This document shows positions 24,694-32,000 of a DNA stretch of 32,000 bases, piece by piece. The notes under the pieces were generated by a model. The model saw only the letters and a list, made by a program, of their open reading frames with translations, ran no database searches and was not told where the DNA came from. Positions within the stretch are counted from its first letter, which is position 1; every line of letters starts with the position of its first letter. This stretch comes from Methanothermobacter marburgensis str. Marburg (GTDB lineage: Archaea > Methanobacteriota > Methanobacteria > Methanobacteriales > Methanothermobacteraceae). Made by a program: the position numbers and the translations under genes. Where the stretch lies: NCBI RefSeq assembly GCF_000145295.1, contig NC_014408.1, positions 930,001-962,000 of the forward strand, read 5' to 3'.

Positions 24694-25164
24694 TCACTTA
24701 ACAAATGCACCTATTATATCGCCCCTTGTTATGATACCCACCAGCTCATCATCCTCAACCACAGGAAGCCTCTTTATATCATGCCTGTCCATGAGTTCCG
24801 CGGCGTCAGAGACGGATGCATCGGGGTGCACCGTTACAACCCTATCCGTCATTATCTCCTCAACCCGCATCATGGCAGCCTTCCTGATTCCCTTTGCTAT
24901 CTCATCGTATTCATGTTTCATTCTAACTGGAAGTTCAAGCAGGTCCAGGGGTGATGGCATGAGGAGGTTCAGACTGGGTGAATGGACCTCAATCAGCCTC
25001 ATTATATCTCCCTCACTGATAACACCCACGAGTTTACCCTCATCATCAACAACAGGGGCCCCGCTGATCCTGTTCTCCCTCAGTATCCGTGCAGCATCAT
25101 GTATCTTACTGTTCCTCTTAACTGTTATGACCTCGGTCTGCATGGCATCCTTTACCCTTATCAT
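24694..25164 (-). CDS. CBS-domain pair protein
   Basis: Two CBS repeats (VITV....I.DAARILRENRISGAPVVD and VVTV.....SDAAELMDRHDIKRLPVVE). GAGGGGTGA SD 4 nt before the ATG at 25164; the ORF is open to 25197. Confidence 0.75.
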   Translation of the reverse strand: MIRVKDAMQTEVITVKRNSKIHDAARILRENRISGAPVVDDEGKLVGVISEGDIMRLIEVHSPSLNLLMPSPLDLLELPVRMKHEYDEIAKGIRKAAMMRVEEIMTDRVVTVHPDASVSDAAELMDRHDIKRLPVVEDDELVGIITRGDIIGAFVK

Positions 25165-25348
25165 TAACTCACCCCTCTTTAATATGTGGAGCATCACTTT
25201 TAAAAATAACAGTTACCGACGGATACCATGGACAGAATGGGATACCACGTTTCCAGGTAGCTAAAAGATCAGATAAAGGATGTAATTCACGGGGCCACAC
25301 ATCAAAAACAACAACACACATCAGAGACAGATATGAATACAGATTATA

Positions 25349-26539
25349 TCAATCCCTTCTAACCCTCCGGTATACGAGGTCCCCCGGTCGGACCCTGTCC
25401 TCCACTAGAAGACCCGCCCTGCCAGATTCAACACTTTCCACGGGATTGCCATCAACCTGAAGGGACTCAACACGCTGTATGAGGGCCCCCGTTGTTCTGC
25501 CCTGTATTATGATCTCATCCCCAACCTCAAGTGGCCTCCACAGTCTCACTTCGGCGGCCCCCACCTTCCTGTAGTAGTTAACAACCTCCCCCACATCCTG
25601 CTTCACATAACTGGAGACGTTACCCTTGCTACCGGTGTCTGGCTCAGAGAAGTATAACCCTGTACCAAACCCGCGGTTAAAGACACCTTCAAGTCTATCA
25701 AGCCACCTGGAATCAAAACTCCACTCACCTGAGAGGTGGGTGTCAATTGCCTCCCTGTACACCGATGTGACGGTCGCAACGTAATCCGCCGCCCTCCCAC
25801 GACCCTCTATTTTAAGGGCGTCGACACCGGCATCCAGCAGTTCAGGTATATGTTCAACCATGCAGAGGTCCCTCGGACTCAGGATGTAACTCCTTACATC
25901 ACCCCCCGGGGTCACCTCAAGGTCGAATTCTCCATCCTCAGATACCAGCCTCCACCTCTTCCTGCATGGCTGAAGGCAGTCCCCGCAGTTGGCACTTCTA
26001 CCATAAAGATGGGAGCTGAGGTAGCATCTCCCTGATATTGCTGTGCATAGGGCCCCATGGACAAAAACCTCGATTTCAATGGGTGAAGCTGCTGCAATCT
26101 CTGAGATCTCACGAAGGGAGAGCTCCCTTGAGAGTATGGCCCTTGTGGCTCCCATCTCCCCCAGTATCCTCAGCGTCCTTGTATTTGTAACATTCGCCTG
26201 TACACTGACATGGACGTCCAGGCCGCATTCAGATGCAAGTTCCACAGCCGCAAGGTCAGAGGCTATCACCGCATCAGCACCTGCAGAGTAAACCTCAGGG
26301 AATAATCTCTCAAGTCTCTCAATATCAGAGTCCCTGAGGGCCGTGTTTGTGCATACATAGAGCCCTGCGCCGTAGCTGTGGGCTACCTCCGCTGCTTCAG
26401 CAATTTCACCGATGCTGAAATTACCAGCCCTTGCCCTCATGTTACAGCCCTCAAGGCCCACGTAAACCGCATCAGCGCCTGACTTAAGGGCTGCCATCAG
26501 CGATGGGAAGTCACCGGCTGGTGATAGGAGCTCAGGCAT
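25349..26539 (-). CDS. peptidase U32 family protein
   Basis: 396 aa. N-terminus PELLSPAGDF..L.AAL.SGADAVYVGL and the U32 signature EVFVHGALCTAISGRCYLSS. Confidence 0.85.
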   Translation of the reverse strand: MPELLSPAGDFPSLMAALKSGADAVYVGLEGCNMRARAGNFSIGEIAEAAEVAHSYGAGLYVCTNTALRDSDIERLERLFPEVYSAGADAVIASDLAAVELASECGLDVHVSVQANVTNTRTLRILGEMGATRAILSRELSLREISEIAAASPIEIEVFVHGALCTAISGRCYLSSHLYGRSANCGDCLQPCRKRWRLVSEDGEFDLEVTPGGDVRSYILSPRDLCMVEHIPELLDAGVDALKIEGRGRAADYVATVTSVYREAIDTHLSGEWSFDSRWLDRLEGVFNRGFGTGLYFSEPDTGSKGNVSSYVKQDVGEVVNYYRKVGAAEVRLWRPLEVGDEIIIQGRTTGALIQRVESLQVDGNPVESVESGRAGLLVEDRVRPGDLVYRRVRRD

Positions 26540-26618
26540 TTAAACCACATTGGAAAGATTTATCGAAGCCAGAAAAAGTGAAGGACATCTTGATCACATT
26601 AAAATTTTTATACGGGAA

Positions 26619-28040
26619 CTAGAGGCAGGACCTCATTGCCTCATATTCATCTATATCTGAGGGAAGAGGTGTCGGGTAGTCCCCATCAAGGCATCCCGTG
26701 CAGAGGAACCCCTTTTTGATGCCTATAGATTCAACAAGTGACTCGATACTCAGATAACCCAGGGAATCAACCCCTATTATCTTCCTTATCTCCTCAACAT
26801 CCCTGCTTGATGCTATAAGCTCCTTACGGGTAGCCATGGCTATACCATAATAGCAGGGCGACTTTATGGGGGGGCATCCTATACGCAGGTGTATCTCCTC
26901 TGCCCCGGCATCCCTGATTATGTCAATGAGTGCCCTGGAGGTCGTGCCCCTCACTATGCTGTCATCGATGAGCACTATCCTCTTACCCTCAAGTTCCGAC
27001 CTTATGGGGTTCATCTTGAGTTTAACCGCTGTTTCACGTTCCTCCTGTGTGGGCATTATGAATGTGCGTCCAACGTACCTGTTCTTTATGAGCCCCTCAC
27101 CGTAGGGTATCCCTGATGCACGGGAGTAACCTATGGCGGCCGGAATGGAGGAGTCAGGTACAGGTACAACCACATCGGCATCAGCGGGGTGTTCACGGTA
27201 AAGGGCCTCCCCTATACTGAGCCGTACCCTGTAGACGTTGCGGCCGTCTATGACGCTGTCGGGTCTTGCAAAGTAGACGTACTCAAACATGCAGTGGGCC
27301 CTCCGGGTGTTGGGGGCATTGGCAACCCAGTAGGACTTGCCCCTGTTGAGGTGCAGTATCTCCCCTGGCTGAACATCCCTCACATGCTCGGCCCCTATAA
27401 CATCAAAGGCAACGGTTTCAGAGGCAACCATCTGGGTGTTTCCCTTCCTTGCAAATGCCAGGGGCTTTATACCAACAGGGTCCCTTATAACGTAGAGATC
27501 CCCATTGAAGAGGACCACGAGGGAGTAGGACCCGACAAGCTGCTCTGAAACCCTCTTTATGGCACCTATCATGTTGGGTCTTTTTTCATATTCCCTGCTC
27601 AGAAGGTGGCATATCACCTCTGAATCCGTGGTTGATATGAATGAGTGACCCTCATCCTCCAGTTCATCCCGAAGTTCCATTGAATTTATTATGTCACCGT
27701 TGTGGGCTATGGCGATTTTACCCCCCTGAAATTCGCTCCAGAATGGCTGAGAATTCTCAATCCTGGATTCACCGGTGGTTGAGTAACGGACATGACCTAT
27801 ACCAACAGTTCCATCGAGCTCATCCAGTTTCTCAGGGTTGAAGACGTCACAGACAAGTCCCATGCCCCGGTGGGTCAACATTTCGGAGCCATTGAATGTT
27901 GAGATCCCTGCGGATTCCTGCCCCCGATGCTGAAGGGCATAGAGTGCATAGTAGATCTGGGAGGCCACGCTGATGTTTTTATCCTGTGAGTAAATCCCTA
28001 CAATACCACATTTGTCTCTCACTTCAGATTCTCCCAACAA
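26619..28040 (-). CDS. purF: amidophosphoribosyltransferase
   Basis: 473 aa. Short propeptide, then CGIVGIY (Ntn Cys), a PRTase motif [12 protein letters not shown], and C-terminal Cys residues. The start is uncertain: TTG at 28040, or GTG at 28022 with a GGGAGA SD. Confidence 0.9.
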   Translation of the reverse strand: MLGESEVRDKCGIVGIYSQDKNISVASQIYYALYALQHRGQESAGISTFNGSEMLTHRGMGLVCDVFNPEKLDELDGTVGIGHVRYSTTGESRIENSQPFWSEFQGGKIAIAHNGDIINSMELRDELEDEGHSFISTTDSEVICHLLSREYEKRPNMIGAIKRVSEQLVGSYSLVVLFNGDLYVIRDPVGIKPLAFARKGNTQMVASETVAFDVIGAEHVRDVQPGEILHLNRGKSYWVANAPNTRRAHCMFEYVYFARPDSVIDGRNVYRVRLSIGEALYREHPADADVVVPVPDSSIPAAIGYSRASGIPYGEGLIKNRYVGRTFIMPTQEERETAVKLKMNPIRSELEGKRIVLIDDSIVRGTTSRALIDIIRDAGAEEIHLRIGCPPIKSPCYYGIAMATRKELIASSRDVEEIRKIIGVDSLGYLSIESLVESIGIKKGFLCTGCLDGDYPTPLPSDIDEYEAMRSCL

Positions 28041-28061
28041 GAAGGTTTTAAGTTCCCGGGT

Positions 28062-28904
28062 CTAGGATGATTCATCATCGGTTTCAGTGAACACCAGGGC
28101 CGATTTAACTATTCTAAGCCACTCAACAGCATCCTCCCTTGATGGTGCCGCGATGAAGCCCTGGCCAAGGATTATGCCTTCAGGTTTGATGTGATCAGTT
28201 ACAAAATAAATCTTCTCAGGGTCATCTGGTTCCTCTCCAAAGGTTTCGCTCCAGAGTTCCCCTATTGAGAAGGTCTCAAGAAGTTCCTTATCTTTAATTT
28301 CAGAAAAACGAGTTTTGATCCGGGAATAATCCTCCTCGAGGACCTTTAATTTCTCCTCGAGGACCTTTATCTCCTCTTTGAGGGATTCTGCTTCCCTCTC
28401 ACCATCCTCAACTTCACCGAGGAGTTTAATATTTTCATCCCTGAGGGCACTGTTTTCGGCTACCAGTTCATTAAGCCTCTCCTGACACTCTTCAAGGCTC
28501 TCCTTCATGTTCCTCAGATTTTTCACACCTGAGAGTGTCTGGAGTCCGGCCCTTATGATGGCGTTTTCTATTTCCTCCCTTATGAGGTCAGGGTCGAGGT
28601 ACTCGACGTCATGACCATAGGGGAGTTTCATCCTCTCAATATGCCCAACGTGGCCCTTAAGGGCTTCGCGGAATTTATCAGCCAGTTCCCGTCCTGTCTG
28701 GTCAACGTCAGTGGCTATGAGGACAATATCCGCGCCCTCAACAGCCCTCATGGCTATTTCAAGGCTTGTTGTTGGCACTATGGATGATATGGTTATATGG
28801 TATTTGGCGCCGAGGGATACCCTCTGCAGTGCCCTTGAAACACTCTCAACGTCAGAGGCTCCCTCAACAATTATCCGCACATCAACAGGGCCCTTGTTAT
28901 CCAT
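28062..28904 (-). CDS. Toprim-domain protein with a central coiled coil
   Basis: 280 aa. IIVEGASDVESV ... VLIATDVDQTGRELA carries the Toprim E and DxD acidic residues. This is followed by about 90 aa of heptad-rich sequence. The ATG directly abuts the L37e stop (TAAATG). Confidence 0.65.
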   Translation of the reverse strand: MDNKGPVDVRIIVEGASDVESVSRALQRVSLGAKYHITISSIVPTTSLEIAMRAVEGADIVLIATDVDQTGRELADKFREALKGHVGHIERMKLPYGHDVEYLDPDLIREEIENAIIRAGLQTLSGVKNLRNMKESLEECQERLNELVAENSALRDENIKLLGEVEDGEREAESLKEEIKVLEEKLKVLEEDYSRIKTRFSEIKDKELLETFSIGELWSETFGEEPDDPEKIYFVTDHIKPEGIILGQGFIAAPSREDAVEWLRIVKSALVFTETDDESS

Positions 28905-29087
28905 TTATTTCAACCTTTGGCCTGTAATTTTTTTATTCTGCCAGCTGTAGCGCCTTATACGGCGTGATTTCCCGAAGCCGCATGCTGCACATACCTTCTT
29001 ACGCACGTGGTATGAGTTCTTACCGCAGCGCCTGCACCTTATATGGAGATTCTTGTTACGCTTACCAAATGATGGAGTACCTTTCAT
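28905..29087 (-). CDS. rpl37e: 50S ribosomal protein L37e
   Basis: [49 protein letters not shown] has the eL37 zinc-ribbon signature. GGAGGA SD. Confidence 0.9.
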   Translation of the reverse strand: MKGTPSFGKRNKNLHIRCRRCGKNSYHVRKKVCAACGFGKSRRIRRYSWQNKKITGQRLK

Positions 29088-29181
29088 GTTCTAATCCTCC
29101 TGAAAATCAGTTAAAACTTGTTAATTTAAATATATGCTTTCTTTATTCATATATAAATCAAAGCTGTATTCCCGGATCACC

Positions 29182-29427
<246 letters not shown>

Positions 29428-29456
29428 CTATCCTAGATTAAAATATGGTCAGATTA

Positions 29457-29464
29457 TATTTAAA
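29457..29464 (-). promoter_or_regulatory. candidate TATA box for the Sm/L37e operon
   Basis: Minus strand TTTAAATA lies about 30 nt upstream of the Sm start codon. Confidence 0.35.
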
Positions 29465-29562
29465 TCTAACTAACAAGCCAGAATCTTCCAGTCAGATACT
29501 CCATTTTTCTATTTTACTAGTATATAAGTTTTCTCACAACGATAATGGCATAAATCTTACTC

Positions 29563-29570
29563 TTTAAATA
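29563..29570 (+). promoter_or_regulatory. candidate TATA box for the PUA-protein gene
   Basis: TTTAAATA on the plus strand. The predicted start site, about 25-30 nt downstream, falls on the palindrome at 29598-29617. Confidence 0.3.
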
Positions 29571-29597
29571 AAGGTGATTGCAGATTAGAGGGTAAAC

Positions 29598-29617
29598 TGG
29601 TTTAATGGATTAAACCA
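29598..29617. promoter_or_regulatory. perfect 9-2-9 palindrome, candidate operator
   Basis: TGGTTTAAT-GG-ATTAAACCA read directly. It lies between the candidate TATA box and the PUA-protein start codon. Confidence 0.35.
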
Positions 29618-29653
29618 TATAGATATGTAAGGTTCTCATGAAATTTCCAGGGT

Positions 29654-30139
29654 GTGAATGTGAAGATCAAAAAGAGGTACCATATAAAGAAAAAGAAGAT
29701 GAAGGAGATTCTCGACCAGATAGGGGAATTCTCCCTGCTCATACCCAGAAAGGCCACCGTTGAGATAATAGAAACAGATGAAAACGACATAATACTCATC
29801 AATGGAGAGCCGCTCCTCATGTTCATGGATGAAAGGGTCGTTCCCACCCTGAGGGGAGCCATCCATATGAAGGATATAGAAAAGGGTTATGTGGTGGTTG
29901 ATATGGGGGCCGTGAGGTTCCTTGCAAACGGGGCCGATGTGATGAGTCCAGGCATAGTTGATGCTGACCCTGAAATTGAAAGAGATGACATCGTTATCGT
30001 GGTGGACGAAAAACACCGAAAACCCCTTGCAGTGGGAATAAGCCTCATAAGCGGACCTGAAATGATAGAAAATGACTCTGGAAAGGCCATCAAAACCATA
30101 CACCACATTGGAGATGCAATATGGAACCTAGAGGTGTGA
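29654..30139 (+). CDS. PUA-domain RNA-binding protein
   Basis: 161 aa. The N-terminal basic segment [16 protein letters not shown] is followed by a C-terminal PUA-like [39 protein letters not shown]. The start is GTG at 29654 or 29660. Confidence 0.6.
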   Translation: MNVKIKKRYHIKKKKMKEILDQIGEFSLLIPRKATVEIIETDENDIILINGEPLLMFMDERVVPTLRGAIHMKDIEKGYVVVDMGAVRFLANGADVMSPGIVDADPEIERDDIVIVVDEKHRKPLAVGISLISGPEMIENDSGKAIKTIHHIGDAIWNLEV

Positions 30140-30142
30140 AGG

Positions 30143-30838
30143 GTGGTTGAACTCAACCTTGATGCCGGTAACGTAATCTCAGGGGATGTTCACAGGGTGG
30201 GTATACTCGCCCTGGGGTCACACCTTGAGAACCACGGCCCGGCCCTCCCAATCGACACCGATGCCAAGATAGCATCATATGTGGCCCTGGAGGCGTCCCT
30301 CAGAACAGGGGCGAAGTTCCTGGGGGTAATCTACGGTGCAACCGAGTTTCCATACGTTAAGCACGGCATCCATATTGAAAGGGATGAACTTCTGGAAGGG
30401 GACCTGAAACCAGTCCTGAGAAAGGCCAGGAAACGCCTGAACATCGACGCAGCTGTTATCGTAAATGGTCATGGCGGAAACCAGCTTGAGGACTGCGTTG
30501 AGGATCTCATGGATGAACTTGACATGGAGATAATCTGGAATAACAGAATCGTTGAAATTGAGGGTCCCCACGCAGGAAGCGGTGAGGTGTCCGCTGGAAT
30601 CATACTGGGCATAGCGGACCTCACGAGACTCGGGGAATGCAGACCAGAACTGTATCCCGAAATAGGAATGATAGGCCTCAGGGAGGCCAGAGAGGCCAAT
30701 AAGGGGATTGATAGGGCCGCAAGAATCTGTGAAAAGGAGGGTATAAACCCTGACCCTGTTCTTGGCCAGAGAATACTTGATGATGCCATCGAGAGTGTCA
30801 TATCCGATGTCAGGGAGCTCCTGGAGATGCTACCATAA
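30143..30838 (+). CDS. arfB: creatininase-family hydrolase, probable FAPy deformylase ArfB (archaeal riboflavin/F420 pathway)
   Basis: 231 aa, GTG start. GILALGSHLENHGPALPIDTD carries the creatininase-fold metal-binding E..H...D pattern, followed by VNGHGGN. The ArfB assignment rests on family size and recollection of methanogen orthologues. Confidence 0.55.
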   Translation: MVELNLDAGNVISGDVHRVGILALGSHLENHGPALPIDTDAKIASYVALEASLRTGAKFLGVIYGATEFPYVKHGIHIERDELLEGDLKPVLRKARKRLNIDAAVIVNGHGGNQLEDCVEDLMDELDMEIIWNNRIVEIEGPHAGSGEVSAGIILGIADLTRLGECRPELYPEIGMIGLREAREANKGIDRAARICEKEGINPDPVLGQRILDDAIESVISDVRELLEMLP

Positions 30839-30858
30839 ATGGCTTCATATAACTCTTA

Positions 30859-32000
30859 ATGATGATAAATTTAACAAAAACCGCCCTGAAGGTACTTGAG
30901 GAGAGGTACCTCCTGAAGAACGAAAGGGGTGAGGTTGTAGAGACCCCTGAGGAGATGTTCAGGAGGGTTGCCCGTGCAGTTGCATCTGCAGATGAGATGT
31001 ATGGTTTCGACAGCTATGAGACAGAGGAACTCTTCTATTCGGTTATGCGGAATCTTGAGTTCCTCCCGAATTCACCCACCCTCATGAATGCAGGTACGCC
31101 CATAAACCAGCTCTCAGCATGTTTTGTCCTCCCTGTTGATGATTCAATTGAGAGCATATTCGAATCCCTCAGGAACATGGCAATAATCCACAAATCAGGG
31201 GGGGCGTTGGATTCTCATTTTCCAGACTCAGACCAAGGGGGGACACCGTTGCATCGACGATGGGCGTGGCCTCAGGTCCCGTGTCATTCATGAGGGTATT
31301 CGACGTTGCAGTTGAGGTTATAAAGCAGGGTGGACGGAGACGTGGGGCCAATATGGGGGTGCTCCATGTCAGCCACCCCGACATATTCGGATTCATAGAG
31401 GCCAAGACATCAGAGGGGCCCCTCAGAAACTTCAACCTCTCTGTTTCGGTCCCTGACAGGTTCATGGAGGACAGGAAGATTGACCTCATAAACCCCAGGA
31501 CGGGTGAAACCGTTGACTCAGTACCATCCAGGGAGATATTCAAGAGGATTGTGAAGGCCGCCTGGAGGTCAGGGGACCCCGGAATGATATTCGAGGACAG
31601 GATAAACCGGCGCAACCCGACACCCTCCCTTGGAAGGATAGAGGCAACCAACCCATGCATATCCAGTGACACCCTGATAATGACCTCAGAGGGTCCCCTC
31701 CCGGTAAATGAACTTGAGGGCAGAGCATTCATGGCGGTTGTCAATGGCTCAGAGTATCCCTCCACTTCAGGGTTCTTTAAAACAGGTTACAGAGAGGTTT
31801 TTGAGCTTAAAACCAGGGAGGGTTACAGTTTAAAGTTGACCCATGATCACCCGGTGCTCGTAATGGAGGATAAACCAGTATGGAAGGCCGCCTGCGACCT
31901 TGAAAGGGGTGATATGCTTGTTATGGACTCGGGGAGCAGTTTTAACTCAGGGGAGAGGTTCTCCACATTTCTCTCCCTCAAAAGTAATGGTTATGAGGAT
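30859..32000 (+). pseudogene. nrdJ: class II (adenosylcobalamin-type) ribonucleotide reductase, 3' end outside the window; apparent 1-nt deletion in a G run and an intein insertion
   Basis: Frame 1 gives MMINLTKTALKVLEERYLLK...FLPNSPTLMNAG...ACFVLPV.DS...IHKSGG. After the G7 run at 31198-31204 the homology continues in another frame: [34 protein letters not shown]...[12 protein letters not shown]...GDPGMIF.D.IN..NP...IEATNPC. An eighth G would restore [10 protein letters not shown]. Confidence 0.85.
31656..32000 (+). mobile_element. intein (N-terminal part) inserted at the catalytic NPCGE site of the RNR
   Basis: The extein stops at ATNP. The intein opens with [13 protein letters not shown] (block A, Cys1) and contains [11 protein letters not shown] (block B, TxxH). 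The expected GEQ continuation of the RNR motif is absent within the window. Confidence 0.8.

Noticed and set aside
23879-24697. Nitrogenase iron protein NifH
   Set aside because: There are no nifD/K/E/N or nifI genes around it. An isolated NifH paralogue in a methanogen is better explained as CfbC.
24731-25264. 177-codon plus-strand ORF
   Set aside because: It is antisense to the CBS-pair gene and is a Ser-rich, low-complexity translation.
28320-28380. 17-bp direct repeat CTCCTCGAGGACCTTTA with a 24-bp period
   Set aside because: It lies inside the Toprim protein's coiled coil and simply encodes the repeated KVLEE heptad. It is not an independent element.
29636-30106. 156-codon minus-strand ORF
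   Set aside because: It is antisense to the PUA-domain gene, which has recognisable PUA sequence and fits the operon context.
31198-31204. Programmed ribosomal frameshifting in the RNR and the other three broken genes
   Set aside because: There is no slippery heptamer or downstream structure common to the sites. The directions differ (three need +1 nt, one needs -1 nt). All sit in G/C homopolymers, which points to sequence error.
31169-31765. 198-codon minus-strand ORF
   Set aside because: It is antisense to the strongly conserved RNR coding sequence.

Overview
Dense chromosomal segment of a thermophilic methanogen, almost certainly a Methanothermobacter species. From memory (not checked), gene content and order match the M. 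thermautotrophicus MTH611-MTH652 neighbourhood: ProRS tail, CofC, ThiD, PurA, GalE/GalU, YggU-like protein, NifH-like CfbC, PurF, the L37e and Sm protein pair, and an intein-containing class II ribonucleotide reductase. The intein protein sequence differs from the delta-H one I recall, so this is probably a related strain or species. GGTGAT/GGAGG Shine-Dalgarno sites and TTTAAATA TATA boxes are visible. I call about 45 protein genes and one tRNA-Leu(GAG). I see no rRNA, CRISPR, transposase or integrase. Most of the window is housekeeping: purine, thiamine, F420, F430 and riboflavin biosynthesis, UDP-hexose metabolism and translation. Accessory or unexplained content, in order of interest: (1) a degenerate ribokinase-like domain fused to a classical AAA ATPase, tightly followed by a TPR-CPBP intramembrane protease (16587-19794), my best candidate for an undescribed system; (2) an operon of GerW/YtfJ-like, YtfI-like, a 72-codon ORF and a second CPBP protease in a non-sporulating archaeon (11759-13743); (3) a 63-bp tandem triplication that copies the SD, start codon and first 11 codons of an EamA transporter, creating two identical 17-codon upstream ORFs (15302-15473); (4) two further short duplications of gene termini; (5) two paralogous mini membrane proteins flanking a GIY-YIG (DUF123) gene near the tRNA. 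Four genes, including the RNR, are broken by single-base indels, all in G/C runs. I read these as probable sequence errors rather than decay. All family assignments rest on motifs I recognise by eye; no searches were run.
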